64,000 bases of DNA. It comes from Nitrospirota bacterium (GTDB lineage: Bacteria > Nitrospirota > UBA9217). Made by a program: the position numbers and the translations under genes. Shown piece by piece: positions 18,298 through 29,021 of this stretch (positions are counted from its first letter, which is position 1; each line of letters opens with the position of its first letter). Location: the NCBI GenBank assembly GCA_963749655.1, contig CAVVOB010000028.1, positions 192,001-256,000 on the forward strand, read 5' to 3'. The notes below the pieces were generated by a model. The model did no database searches, was not told the DNA's origin, and worked only from the letters and a program-made list of their open reading frames with translations.

Positions 18298-20937
18298 TTA
18301 TGCCCGTCCCGCGACGGCGGCTCCGCTCAGAAGTTTTTTCAGCGCTCCCAGCATCTCTTGTTCTTCGAAGGGCTTGACCAGATAATCATGGGCGCCCATA
18401 TCCAGGGCCTTTTGCCGGTGCTTGTCGCCCGCCCGGGAGGTCAGCACGATGACCGGAATGTTCATGAGGTCCGCGTTCTTCTTCATTTCCGCCATCAGGT
18501 CGTACCCGTGCATGACGGGCATCTCGAGATCGGTGATCACGGCGTCGAATTTCATGCGGCCCATGATGTTCAGCGCCTCCATGCCGTCCGGTGCAACCTC
18601 CACCTCGTAGCCGGTGCGGTCAAGGAACCGCTGCACATATTTGCGGATGCTGATGGAATCGTCGACGACGAGTACCTTCGGCTTCCGCTTCGAGAGGTCG
18701 GGCGGGGGCGCCTCCTGCTCCTGACTAACGGTCGCACGGGTCGCCACTGCGCCTTCGTCTCCGAAGAGCGATGCGATATTGATGATGAGCCGGACGGCGC
18801 CTTCGCCGGAAATCGTAGCGCCCGAAAACAGCTTGATGCCTTTCAAATAGTCGCCCAGCGATTTCACGACGATCTCTTCCCGGCCGATGATCTCCTCCAC
18901 CATGAGCGCGATCCGTTTTTCAGCCATGCCGAGAATCAGCGTCGGATGACGGAAGGTGTCTTCCTTGCTCGGAAACTTGCCCACGCCGAGAAGCTCATTC
19001 ATCTTGAGCAGCTTGACCAGCGTCCCCCGCAAGCTCACCATTTCATCGCCTGCGGCGCGCTGGATGTCTTTGTTCGAGAACCGGGTCGTTTCCTCAACGA
19101 GGTTCATCGGGACGGCCAGTTCCTGGTCGTTCAGCTTCACGATCAGTGCCTGGGCGATCGCAAGAGTCAGCGGAAGCCTGATCATGAACCGGGTGCCTAC
19201 GCCTTTTTCGGTCTTGATCTCGATCCTGCCGTTGATCCTCGCAAGCTGGGTGGACACCACGTCCATGCCCACGCCGCGGCCCGATATCTTTCCCACCTTC
19301 GTCGCCGTGGAAAAACCCGGGCGGAAAATAAGGTTGATGGCTTCAAGATCGGAAAGGGACTGCGCTTCAGGATTGGTCAGGAACCCCTTATCAACTGCCG
19401 TTTTTCTGAGGTTCGCCGGATCCATGCCCCGTCCGTCGTCTTCAATCTGCAGAATGATGCTGTTGCCTTCGTGCCGTGCATTCAGGATGAGCACGCCGGT
19501 AGGTTCCTTGCCGAGTGCTCGGCGCTCGGGCACCGTTTCGATGCCGTGGGAGATGGCATTCCTGATCATGTGCATGAGCGGATCGGAGATGATCTCGAAG
19601 ATCGTTTTGTCGATCTTGGTCTCGCCGCCGGAGACGACCATGTTGAGTTGCTTGTTCTCCTCCTGGGCAAGGTCGCGGACAGGCCGCTGGAACATCTGGT
19701 ACAGCTTGTCCACTTCGACCATGCGGGCCATGGTGATCTCGTCCTGAAGGTTGGTCGTGATCGTGGAGATGCGGGCCGTGTCAATCTCAAAGGAATCAAA
19801 GAAGCCGGCAAGTTCGGTCATGATCTCATTCGTATCGTTCGAGATCTCCGTCAGCTTGCGTGAAAGCAGGTTAAAATCGTCGTACCGGTCGAACTCCAGT
19901 TCGAGAAAATCGGTGGATTGCGCTGCTTCCTCGTGGTGGTTCTCCGCGGAGTCCACGGTCATCGTGTACTCGTACTTTTCTTCGAACTTTTTTATTTCGT
20001 GGAGCAGCCGGCTCTGGCTGAAAGCGAGTTCCTCCCGGAGCGACTTGATCAAATCGACCTGGCGGGAAAGCCGGTTGCGGTTGACGACCATCTCGCCGAC
20101 AAGGTTCATCAGGTTATCGAGCCGCTCGATATTGACGCGGATGAACTGCTTTTCCAGATCGACGGCATCCGTGGCGCGGCGGCCTGTTCCGCGTTTTTCG
20201 AGAATGCCGCTCTTCTTGGCCTCTTCGAGCTCCAGCTTGAGCGGAACGTTCGCGTCGGCGGGGGCAATGAAAGGTGCCGGGGGTCTTGCTGCCGGAGCCG
20301 CTTTCGAGGCGGGCAGCGCCGCGGGCCGGGGGGGTGACGACTGCGGGGCTGGAGGCGCCGCTTTCGGGGGGGCCGGTTCCTTGCGGATAGGCTGCGCCGG
20401 GGCTGGCTGGTCCCAGCCTACATCAAAGGTCTTTTCCCACGCCAGGTCGAGATCATCCTTGCTTGATGGCAGCGCCGGGGCCGCGGGCTTGGCCGGAGGG
20501 GCAGCGCTTGCCGGACGCGCCTTCTCTTCGGGAGCGGCCTGGATGCGGCTGACCACGTCCTTGTACGCGCGGCCGATGGTCTCCACCACGAGGGTGTCCT
20601 CTGGCTGGTTGGACGCTACACCGTCCACCATGACCTTCACGGCATCGACGCTGTCGAAAAGAAAATTCAGGGTCTCTTTGGTGATGGGGATCGTTCCCGA
20701 TCGGAACATGCCCAGCATGTCCTCGGCCTTGTGGGCCACGTCGCTGACTCCCTGAAAACCCATCATGGCCGCGGAGCCCTTCAGCGTGTGGGCCGCGCGG
20801 AAGAGCTCGTCGATCATGGCGTTGTCGGACGGATCCTTTTCAAGGGACAACAGTCCCTTGTTCAGGTTCTGGAGATGCTCGCCAGCCTCGATCAGAAAGA
20901 ACTCGATGATGCCTGATTTATCCAACGGTCCGGCCAT
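18298..20937 (-). CDS. cheA: Hybrid CheA (Hpt, dimerisation, HATPase, CheW and receiver domains)
   Basis: FRAAHTLKG, LD.LMNLVGE, H..RNA..HG, DDGRG, SGRGVGMDVV, C-terminal receiver domain. Confidence 0.93.
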   Translation of the reverse strand: MAGPLDKSGIIEFFLIEAGEHLQNLNKGLLSLEKDPSDNAMIDELFRAAHTLKGSAAMMGFQGVSDVAHKAEDMLGMFRSGTIPITKETLNFLFDSVDAVKVMVDGVASNQPEDTLVVETIGRAYKDVVSRIQAAPEEKARPASAAPPAKPAAPALPSSKDDLDLAWEKTFDVGWDQPAPAQPIRKEPAPPKAAPPAPQSSPPRPAALPASKAAPAARPPAPFIAPADANVPLKLELEEAKKSGILEKRGTGRRATDAVDLEKQFIRVNIERLDNLMNLVGEMVVNRNRLSRQVDLIKSLREELAFSQSRLLHEIKKFEEKYEYTMTVDSAENHHEEAAQSTDFLELEFDRYDDFNLLSRKLTEISNDTNEIMTELAGFFDSFEIDTARISTITTNLQDEITMARMVEVDKLYQMFQRPVRDLAQEENKQLNMVVSGGETKIDKTIFEIISDPLMHMIRNAISHGIETVPERRALGKEPTGVLILNARHEGNSIILQIEDDGRGMDPANLRKTAVDKGFLTNPEAQSLSDLEAINLIFRPGFSTATKVGKISGRGVGMDVVSTQLARINGRIEIKTEKGVGTRFMIRLPLTLAIAQALIVKLNDQELAVPMNLVEETTRFSNKDIQRAAGDEMVSLRGTLVKLLKMNELLGVGKFPSKEDTFRHPTLILGMAEKRIALMVEEIIGREEIVVKSLGDYLKGIKLFSGATISGEGAVRLIINIASLFGDEGAVATRATVSQEQEAPPPDLSKRKPKVLVVDDSISIRKYVQRFLDRTGYEVEVAPDGMEALNIMGRMKFDAVITDLEMPVMHGYDLMAEMKKNADLMNIPVIVLTSRAGDKHRQKALDMGAHDYLVKPFEEQEMLGALKKLLSGAAVAGRA

Positions 20938-20942
20938 AGCGT

Positions 20943-22835
20943 TTATTCGATGAAGCCGAGCTTGATCTCCTCGTCGCTTGTCGTGACCCCGTCAACGGAA
21001 GGCGGGAAGCCTTCAAGCGCCGGGAGAGGCGGAAGTTCGCTCGTCATGGAGGGCACGGGAGCGGGGGCCGCAGCAAACGCTTCCTTCCCGATCTTGAACC
21101 TGCCGATAGCGTCATTCAGGCGTTTCGTGAGGTCTGCCAGACCGCTGATCGTCGCCACCGTGTCCTGCACGCCGTGGGTCGTTTCCTGGGTCAGCTGGGA
21201 GATGTTGTCCATGGTGTGCACCACGCTGACCGTGGACTTCACCTGGTCCGCCGCGGCCCGCGTGATGTCCGTCATGAGGGTTGCGGTCTGTTTAACGATC
21301 TGTTCGATTTCGCGAAGCGCGGCACCGGCCTGGTCCGCGAGCTTTGTACCTTCCTCCACCTCGCGGGTTCCTTCTTCCATCACCGTCACGGCTTCGCTTG
21401 TTTCCACCTGAATGCCCTTGATGAGGCCGGTAATGTCCTTCGTGGCGCGCGCGGCCCGTTCAGCCAGCTTCCGGACTTCGTCGGCAACGACCGCAAAACC
21501 CTTACCCTGTTCGCCTGCGCGGGCGGCTTCGATTGCGGCGTTCAGTGCCAGCAGGTTCGTCTGGGTGGCGATTTCGTTGATCACTTCGATGATGGCGCCG
21601 ATTTCGAGGGACCGTTCGCCGAGGCCCTTGATCTTCTTACCAGTGGACTGCACGGTTGCGCGGATGCGCTGCATGCCCTTGATCGTTTCCGACACGGCCG
21701 CGCCGCCCTTGACGGCGGCCTGGGTGGCCTTGACCGAGGTCTGGGTGGCCGCTTCGGCGTTCTCCGCCATCCGCTGGGTGGTCTGGGACATGGTGTTCAC
21801 GGCGTCCGATGCGTTCCGGATCTGTGCGGCCTGCTGCTCAGCGCCCAAGCGCATGCGCTCCGCGGAATGGAGAATATCTGCGGTCGACCGCTGGATCTCG
21901 TTTGCGACGTTGCTGGCCTGGCTCACCAGCGTGGTAAGACCGGTGATCATGAGGTTGAACGCGTCGGCCACGGACCCCAGTGCGTCGGCGGTCACTTCGG
22001 CCTTGATCGTCAGGTCGCCTTCCGCGGCCGTGCTCACGACGGATAGAAGGTCCATGACCTGGTGCTGCATCTTGTCCCGGTCGGACTCCGTCTGGATAAG
22101 GCCCTGAAGACGGTCGATCGTGCTGTTCAGCGTGCTGCCGAGCTGTCCGAGTTCGTCGCCCGTTTTCACGTTCGCTTTCTTCGTGAGATCGCCGCGGCCG
22201 AGGGCTTCGGCGATCCGCATGAGGTCCTTCACCGGCGCGATCGTCACGGCGGTCATGAACAGGGTAAAGATGACGAGAATGACGAGGAAACCGCCGCCGA
22301 CGTACATGATCTTATAGAGCAGGTTTCTGATGTTGGATTTAATGAGGGTCATGTTGAGGCCGACGTGGACGGTGCCGAGCGTGCCGCCGGCAATCGGGGA
22401 CGCGATATCGATGACCTCGACGGCGCTCTCTTTGAGACTGATCGATGCGGCCGCGGTGCCGAACGGAACCCCGGGTTTCAGGATATTGATGTTCTGGAGC
22501 GCGGGCGGTATCGCGTTTCCTTCAAAGGACGACGAAAGGATGCGTCCCCGGCCGTCACGGATGAAGCAGTACGCGACTTCGGGCTGGCTGATCGCTTCCC
22601 CCTGGATGAACTGCAGCGCGTTGAGATCTTCCACCTGGACCGGCTCCACGGCCTTGACGCTCAGACCGTCAGCGACGATGAGCGTCTTGTTGATCGCCTC
22701 GTCCTTGAGCGCGTTCTGGATCTGCAGGTATATGAACCCGAGAATGCTCGATCCGAACACGGCGGACATGCTGATAATCATCAGCGCAATCTTGGTTCTG
22801 ATGCTCATCCGATAGAAGGGATTCCATATTTTCAT
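20943..22835 (-). CDS. Methyl-accepting chemotaxis protein (2 TM, extracytoplasmic sensor, HAMP; PilJ-like)
   Basis: [38 protein letters not shown] signalling tip. Confidence 0.95.
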   Translation of the reverse strand: MKIWNPFYRMSIRTKIALMIISMSAVFGSSILGFIYLQIQNALKDEAINKTLIVADGLSVKAVEPVQVEDLNALQFIQGEAISQPEVAYCFIRDGRGRILSSSFEGNAIPPALQNINILKPGVPFGTAAASISLKESAVEVIDIASPIAGGTLGTVHVGLNMTLIKSNIRNLLYKIMYVGGGFLVILVIFTLFMTAVTIAPVKDLMRIAEALGRGDLTKKANVKTGDELGQLGSTLNSTIDRLQGLIQTESDRDKMQHQVMDLLSVVSTAAEGDLTIKAEVTADALGSVADAFNLMITGLTTLVSQASNVANEIQRSTADILHSAERMRLGAEQQAAQIRNASDAVNTMSQTTQRMAENAEAATQTSVKATQAAVKGGAAVSETIKGMQRIRATVQSTGKKIKGLGERSLEIGAIIEVINEIATQTNLLALNAAIEAARAGEQGKGFAVVADEVRKLAERAARATKDITGLIKGIQVETSEAVTVMEEGTREVEEGTKLADQAGAALREIEQIVKQTATLMTDITRAAADQVKSTVSVVHTMDNISQLTQETTHGVQDTVATISGLADLTKRLNDAIGRFKIGKEAFAAAPAPVPSMTSELPPLPALEGFPPSVDGVTTSDEEIKLGFIE

Positions 22836-22905
22836 CGCTTTACTCCTTTAAAAGAGGACTCTGACAGGAGGCACGAAACGCCGCGTGCCGCCCGGGACTT
22901 CCTGT

Positions 22906-23406
22906 TCATGCCAACTTGATCTCATCGAGGATACGGTCGATGTTCAACAGCGCCGCCACTTCGTTGTCCCGCTGGATGATGCCCTTCACGAAGCGGGTGC
23001 GGCTCCTGGCTGAGGACGGCGTGCCCGTCGCCGTATCTGCAGGAAGGGCCTGGATACTGCTTTCAGGAACGCCGACGACCGCCGAAACGTTATCGACGCC
23101 GATGCCGAGCATCATGGTGCCGTGTTTAAGGATTGCTATCTGGCCGGGCGCGGACAGGTGCGGCAGGGACAGCGCCGGACGAATATCGACGATCGGAACG
23201 ATATTGCCTCGCAGATTAATGACACCGAGGACATGGGAAGGTGTGGTGGGGACAGGGAAGATATTCTGCGGGATGATGATTTCCGTCAACAGGTCAACCG
23301 GGAGAGCATAGGTGTCCTCGCCTATACTGAAGAGACAAATCCTTACTTCCTCTTCCGGTAGCACATCTATTACATCGGCGGTGACATCGTCGTCAATTGC
23401 GGCCAA
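22906..23406 (-). CDS. cheW: CheW/PilI-like coupling protein
   Basis: VLGVINLRGNIVPIVD. Confidence 0.9.
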   Translation of the reverse strand: MAAIDDDVTADVIDVLPEEEVRICLFSIGEDTYALPVDLLTEIIIPQNIFPVPTTPSHVLGVINLRGNIVPIVDIRPALSLPHLSAPGQIAILKHGTMMLGIGVDNVSAVVGVPESSIQALPADTATGTPSSARSRTRFVKGIIQRDNEVAALLNIDRILDEIKLA

Positions 23407-23424
23407 ACGGGCCCCCCTCCAGGG

Positions 23425-23784
23425 TTAGATGTATTTCTTAACCGCTTTGAGCAGGTCCTCGGGCTTGAACGGTTTGGTCAAATACTCATCTGCACCCTGT
23501 TTCATCCCCCAAAACTTGTCGCTTTCCTGATCTTTGGATGTAACCATGATGACCGGAATGTTTTTGAACTGATCGTTGCTCTTGATATCCCTGCAGACCT
23601 GAAAACCATTTTTTTTGGGCATAATCACGTCGAGAATTATCAGGTCGATTTTCTCGGATTTTACCTTCGCTTCCGCTGCTTCTCCGTCCATGACGGTGAC
23701 GATCGTATGGCCCGTCGGCTGGAGCGCCTGCGTAAAAATTTGAAGCTCTGCCAGGCTATCATCAGCAATCAGTATTTTGGCCAT
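23425..23784 (-). CDS. CheY/PilH-like single-domain response regulator
   Basis: LDVIMP..NGFQVCR, D.FWG.KQGA..Y.TKP. Confidence 0.9.
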   Translation of the reverse strand: MAKILIADDSLAELQIFTQALQPTGHTIVTVMDGEAAEAKVKSEKIDLIILDVIMPKKNGFQVCRDIKSNDQFKNIPVIMVTSKDQESDKFWGMKQGADEYLTKPFKPEDLLKAVKKYI

Positions 23785-23819
23785 TCTGGTCTCCTTTTAC
23801 CCGATGTACAGGTTAGTAA

Positions 23820-23848
23820 AAATTAACATATTTCCTTGGGTGTGTCAA
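23820..23848 (-). promoter_or_regulatory. Sigma70-like promoter (TTGACA-17-TAATTT) for the pilH-like gene
   Basis: + strand tgtcaa 23843-23848 and aaatta 23820-23825. Confidence 0.6.
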
Positions 23849-23900
23849 GTTTTCGTTTTGTTTTCTTCGTGTTAGGACACCTGCTCCGATGCGCAGGAAG

Positions 23901-25226
23901 CTATCTCCGCCTCCTGATCAAATTCACCGACAGGAGGATGAACATGCTCTTTACCACGTCGAATTCACCGACGCAAAGCGTATCGATGATCTCCTGAATG
24001 GTACGGCGGCCGTCGACGTAGGAAAATACCTTGAGGTCCATGTCGCTCATGCCGCGCGTGGTCAGCTCCTCTGCATTTCCGATCATGGGCTCGAAGACGA
24101 TGTCGAAGTGAGGGATCTTCTGCTGGATCAGACTCCACTCGTCCGCACGCCTGGCTCCCTCGAGGAGCAGGTCGTCTACTTTCAGCTGGACGGGATGGGA
24201 AAATACGGGCGGGACTGCCTTCTCGAACGAGAACTCACCGTCCTTCCAGGCCATGATCTTGAAAATGGCCGACTCTGTATGACGGCGGAGGCAGTCGACG
24301 AATATTTTCTGATCGACAATTTTTTCCTGGGAAAGAACGCGATCAATCGGCTGCGACGTCATGTCCGCGATGCGCATGACATAATCGAGGCTCTTCTCAT
24401 CGATCTTACAGGTTCTTCGGAGCAGTTCTTCGACAGCGGACCGGCTCTCGCTGCAGTTTGAAGAAGCAAAGACAACGGCTCCGTCCTTGAAGAATACTTC
24501 GACGGCGTCGCCGGAACGGCTGATGGACAGCTTGCCGGTCTGGCGCTGGAGACCGAGCATTTGCAGCACCTCGACGATGCGAACGCTCGCGAGGTTGCCC
24601 TGGATGCCGGCGTTTTCTGCATGCTGCGGTTTAGCCAGCTCCTTCCTGATGAGTTCGGGCAGCGTGGTCTTGATGAACTCGCCAAGCACCTGTTCGACTA
24701 TGGACCGAACCATGGACTCCATCGCGCCCGCACCTGCGTAGGATGCGGGGGCCGGCTCGTCCCTGACCTCGGCGGGCCGCTCCCGCCGCAGTCCGCGGGC
24801 TGGCTCTCGCTGGGATGTTCGGGCAAGTGCGGCTGCTTCGGCTTCCGCGGCCTGTCGTTTGTCGATGACTTCCCGTATCTTTGCAAGGAGTTCTTCAGGC
24901 TGGAACGGTTTCGTAAAATATTCGGTGATCCCGAGGGTGTCGACGAACTTGCTGCCGACCTTGTCGCCCTTGGATGTCACGAGAATAATGGGAGTATCCT
25001 TGAAATTCGGGTCGTCCTTGAGGGTCTTGCAGACCTGGAAACCGTTCATCTTGGGCATGACGAAATCCACAAGAATGACGGCAGGTCGTTCGGAGCGCGC
25101 CTTGGCGATACCCTCTTCTCCGTCCGAGGCGAGCACGACCTGATAACCCTGCGAGGACAGGATCATCTCGATAAGCCGCTGTACGGTCGGACTATCGTCT
25201 ATATCGAGGATTTTCTCCCCAGCCAT
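23901..25226 (-). CDS. Response regulator with DUF4388/PATAN-like domain (PatA-like)
   Basis: N-terminal receiver; 'QGNL.....EVLQML....TG.L', 'W..G.F.F', 'LLLEGARR.DEW'. Confidence 0.85.
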   Translation of the reverse strand: MAGEKILDIDDSPTVQRLIEMILSSQGYQVVLASDGEEGIAKARSERPAVILVDFVMPKMNGFQVCKTLKDDPNFKDTPIILVTSKGDKVGSKFVDTLGITEYFTKPFQPEELLAKIREVIDKRQAAEAEAAALARTSQREPARGLRRERPAEVRDEPAPASYAGAGAMESMVRSIVEQVLGEFIKTTLPELIRKELAKPQHAENAGIQGNLASVRIVEVLQMLGLQRQTGKLSISRSGDAVEVFFKDGAVVFASSNCSESRSAVEELLRRTCKIDEKSLDYVMRIADMTSQPIDRVLSQEKIVDQKIFVDCLRRHTESAIFKIMAWKDGEFSFEKAVPPVFSHPVQLKVDDLLLEGARRADEWSLIQQKIPHFDIVFEPMIGNAEELTTRGMSDMDLKVFSYVDGRRTIQEIIDTLCVGEFDVVKSMFILLSVNLIRRRR

Positions 25227-25258
25227 CACAACCCCCAAACACTGCAAAAAACAGTTGA

Positions 25259-25287
25259 ATATTAGCAGGGGAACATGCCATTGTCAA
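25259..25287 (-). promoter_or_regulatory. Sigma70-like promoter (TTGACA-17-TAATAT) heading the chemosensory cluster
   Basis: + strand tgtcaa 25282-25287 and atatta 25259-25264. Confidence 0.7.
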
Positions 25288-25369
25288 CAGCTTAAACTTC
25301 TCGGGCACAAAAATACTGTTCGGATCGCGGGCACCCCCCGCCTCCTTGCACCGGGCCCGCAGCAGACTG

Positions 25370-26570
25370 TTACAGCCGAGCGGCGACGGCATCAAGAAAC
25401 GCCTCGGTCTGCGCATAGGCCGCCGGCTTGGGGTCGGCGATCGCGGCAAGGTCCTTTGTCATGACGCCGCTTTCGATGACGCTGATCACGACCTCTTCGA
25501 GCTTCCGGGCGAACGCCGTGACCTCGGGCGAGCCGTCCATGTCCCCGCGTCGGGCGATGGCGCCGGTCCAGGCAAAGATTGACGCCACGGAATTGGTCGA
25601 CGTGGGATTGCCCTTGAGGTGTTCATAGTAGTGGCGCATGACCGTACCGTGGGCGGCTTCGTATACATACTTGCCTTCAGGCGATACGAGCACCGAGGTC
25701 ATGAGGCCCAGGCTGCCGAAGCCCGATGCTACCATGTCGCTCATGACGTCGCCGTCGTAGTTCATGCAGGCCCAGAGCATGCCGCCCTCCGCCTTCATGA
25801 TCTGCGCAACCGCGTCATCGATCAGCATGTAGCGGTACTTGACGCCGAGCTTCTCGAACTCCGCCTTCCTGCGCCGCTGCTTCCCGGTCGAAAAGTTCCT
25901 TGAAGAATCCATGATAGGTCTTCGAGATCGTGTCCTTGGCCCCGAACCAGAGGTCGCATTTTTCACCGAGGGCGTAATTGATGCAGGCACGGGCAAAACT
26001 GCGGATCGATTTTTCCGTATTGTGCATGCCCATGACTACTCCCGGCCCCTTGAACTCATGCACGACGAGCGACACCTTGTCGCCGCCCGTTGCCGGCGTG
26101 AACAGAAGCTCGGCTTTGCCTGCGCCGGGGACCTTGAACTCCACGGACTTGTAAATGTCGCCGTAGGCATGCCTGCCGATGCTGATCGGCTTTTTCCAGC
26201 TCCGCACCGCGGGCGGGACGTTCTTCACGATGATCGGTTTGCGGAAGACGGTGCCGTCAAGGATGGAGCGTATCGTGCCGTTCGGACTCTTCCAGGCCTG
26301 CTTCAGATTGTACTCCTTCACGCGAGCCGCATTGGGCGTGATCGTCGCGCATTTTACGCCGACACCGTGCTCCTGGACCGCCTGGGCGGCCTCGATGGTC
26401 ACGGCATCATCGGTCGCGTCCCGGTTTTTTATGCCGAGGTCGAAATATTTCAAGTTCATGACAAGTGGGGGAACAGAAGTTTTTCCTTGATCAGCTTCCA
26501 GATGATCCGCTGTCATCTCATCGCCGTCCATCTCGACAATGGGGCCTCGTACCTGAATCTTCACGGTCAT
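25370..26570 (-). CDS. icd: NADP-dependent isocitrate dehydrogenase (indels near 26510, 26465 and 25875)
   Basis: [55 protein letters not shown] before ATG 26570. ORFs 25815..26939 and 25370..25996 are its fragments. Confidence 0.9.
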
Positions 26571-26612
26571 CTCCTTGCAGGGAATCAACGATAATACAGC
26601 GTTGTGGAGGGG

Positions 26613-26641
26613 ATTGTAAGGCCTGGGGCATGAATTGTCAA
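26613..26641 (-). promoter_or_regulatory. Sigma70-like promoter (TTGACA-17-TACAAT) of icd
   Basis: + strand tgtcaa 26636-26641 and attgta 26613-26618. Confidence 0.7.
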
Positions 26642-27047
26642 CAGCGCAGTCCGGCACAATGTTGACTGCCGGCGGCCGGAACGAATGGGCACTGATGGGC
26701 CTCCGGAACGCGTCCGCTCGCTTGCCCCTTGGCGTGCCTGCGGACGACGGCGCTTTACGAAAAAGCCCTTTTCGGAAAACGAAGTGAAAAAGGAATTGCA
26801 ACCCCCCGCTGGGTAGAATTCCTGCTGCACGGTGCGGGTATTGTCTTTGTACCGTAGTTGCGCAGAAAGACCATTGTCTTTTTTCTACTTCAGCGACAAG
26901 GGAAATTTGCGGCAACACGATGGATACCGCGGCAGGCAAGTATTCCGGAATATCGCGGTTCGAATAATACCGGAACGACGCCTGCTGCTGATGTTGCCAG
27001 GCCCCGAGTTATTCCCGAACACACGTCCACCTGCCTGTAGCGGGCCG

Positions 27048-28952
27048 CTACGACGACTTCTTCACCGCATACCCCACAGAGGACAGCGCTGTCTCGATCT
27101 CGCCGAGCGCGGAAGGATCATCGATCGTTGACGGTATGGCATAGGCTTCTCCGTCAGCGATCTTCCGCATGGTTCCGCGCAGGATCTTGCCGGACCGCGT
27201 CTTGGGCAGCCGCTTCACGACGCAGGTCTCCTTGTAACAGGCGAACGGGCCTATGGTATTTCTGACCATCCTGGCGAGCTCGCTCCTGATTTCCTCGCCA
27301 TCCCTGTCTGCGCCGGACTTCAGCACCACCAGCCCGAGGGGGAGCTGCCCCTTGAGGCCGTCATGCACGCCGATGACGGCGCATTCGGCCACGTCCTTGT
27401 GCGTGGACACGACCTCTTCCATTTCTCCGGTAGACAACCGGTGACCGGCGACATTGATCACATCGTCGACGCGCCCCATGATGAAGACGTAGCCTTCCTC
27501 ATCGATGAAACCGCCGTCGCTGGTGAAGTAGTATCCCGGGAAGGGTTTGAGGTACGATTCGAGAAAGCGCTGGTCAGCCTGCCAGAGCGTGGGCAGCGTT
27601 CCGGGAGGCAGGGGCAGTTTTATGGCGACGAGCCCCTCCTGCTTCGGTCCGAGCTCCTTGCCGGCCGGATCCAGAATCTTCACGTTGAATCCCGGCACCG
27701 GCCTGGTGGAGGAGCCCGGCTTGATCGCAAAGGACTCGATGCCGACCGGATTCGCGGTAATGGGCCAGCCGGTTTCGGTCTGCCACCAGTGGTCGATGAC
27801 CGGTTTTTTCAGAAGCGAGTGCGCCCAGTGATAGGTATCGGGATCGAGCCGCTCGCCTGCCAGGAAGAGTGCCTTGAATCCCGACAGGTCGTACTTTTTA
27901 ATGAACTCTCCCTTCGGATCTTCCTTTTTGATTGCACGGAAGGCGGTAGGCGCGGTGAACATGACCTTCACGTTATGCTGGGAGATGACGCGCCAGAAGG
28001 CTCCGGCGTCCGGCGTGCCGACCGACTTCCCTTCATACAGGATCGTCGTGCATCCGGCAAGCAGGGGGCCGTAAACAATATAGGAGTGACCGACGACCCA
28101 ACCTACGTCCGATGCCGCCCAGAACACGTCGCCGGGCTCAACCCCATAGATATTCTCCATGCTCCACCGGAGGGCAACTGCATGACCGCCGTTGTCGCGA
28201 ACCACGCCCTTGGGTTTGCCTGTCGTGCCTGATGTGTAGAGGATATACAGCGGGTCCGTGGCTTTTACCGGCATGCAGGGAGCAGGATGAGCGCTCGCCA
28301 TGAGCTCATTCCAGTCCAGGTCGCGGCCGAGGTTCATGGATGCTTTTACCAGGTGACGCTGAAAGACGATGCACTTCTCGGGTTTGTGGGCCGCTTCTGC
28401 GATGGCCTTGTCGACCAGGGGCTTGTATTCGATGAGACGCTTGACCTCCACGGCGCCGGAGGCGGTGACGATGAGCTTCGGCTTGGCATCGTCGATCCTG
28501 ATGGCGAGTTCGTGAGGCGCAAAGCCGCCGAACACCACGGAATGGACGGCACCCACTCGAGCACAGGCCAGCATGGCGATCACGGCCTGGGGTATCATGG
28601 GCATATAGATGATGATCGTGTCGCCCTTGTGGACGCCGAGGGCGTCGAGAACGCCGGCGAAGCGGGAAACCTGCTCCAGAAGTTCGCGGTACGTGAACTT
28701 TTCGATCGTATTGGTCACCGGGCTGTCGTAGATGAGCGCAACCTGATCGGCCCGTCCGCCTTCAACGTGGCGGTCGAGGGCATTGTAGCACGTATTCAGC
28801 TCGCCGCCTTTATACCAGCGGTAGAACGGCGGATTGGATTCATCCAGCGTCTCATCCCACTTCTTGTGCCATCCGATTGCCTCGGCTGCAGCAGCCCAGA
28901 ATCCCTTCGGATCTTCTATGCTGTTCGAAAACTGATCACTATACTTGCCCAT
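27048..28952 (-). CDS. prpE: Propionyl-CoA synthetase (acyl-CoA synthetase family)
   Basis: YTSGTTGKPKGV.RDNGGH, DHWWQTETG, GHRLSTG, LPKTRSGKILR. Confidence 0.88.
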   Translation of the reverse strand: MGKYSDQFSNSIEDPKGFWAAAAEAIGWHKKWDETLDESNPPFYRWYKGGELNTCYNALDRHVEGGRADQVALIYDSPVTNTIEKFTYRELLEQVSRFAGVLDALGVHKGDTIIIYMPMIPQAVIAMLACARVGAVHSVVFGGFAPHELAIRIDDAKPKLIVTASGAVEVKRLIEYKPLVDKAIAEAAHKPEKCIVFQRHLVKASMNLGRDLDWNELMASAHPAPCMPVKATDPLYILYTSGTTGKPKGVVRDNGGHAVALRWSMENIYGVEPGDVFWAASDVGWVVGHSYIVYGPLLAGCTTILYEGKSVGTPDAGAFWRVISQHNVKVMFTAPTAFRAIKKEDPKGEFIKKYDLSGFKALFLAGERLDPDTYHWAHSLLKKPVIDHWWQTETGWPITANPVGIESFAIKPGSSTRPVPGFNVKILDPAGKELGPKQEGLVAIKLPLPPGTLPTLWQADQRFLESYLKPFPGYYFTSDGGFIDEEGYVFIMGRVDDVINVAGHRLSTGEMEEVVSTHKDVAECAVIGVHDGLKGQLPLGLVVLKSGADRDGEEIRSELARMVRNTIGPFACYKETCVVKRLPKTRSGKILRGTMRKIADGEAYAIPSTIDDPSALGEIETALSSVGYAVKKSS

Positions 28953-28987
28953 ACCCCCCCCTTGCAGCGTACCTTATACGCCCTCCT

Positions 28988-29016
28988 ATAATAGAAAACA
29001 GTCTTCATGCTGTCAA
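28988..29016 (-). promoter_or_regulatory. Sigma70-like promoter (TTGACA-17-TATTAT) of prpE
   Basis: + strand tgtcaa 29011-29016 and ataata 28988-28993. Confidence 0.65.
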
Positions 29017-29021
29017 CACCT

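Noticed and set aside
26571-26939. N-terminal extensions in ORF-track calls (icd; also 47281..48678, 40229..41668, 60837..61370, 45929..47176)
   Set aside because: RBS or promoter positions and family N-termini indicate downstream starts; the extensions are non-coding-like or cross repeats.
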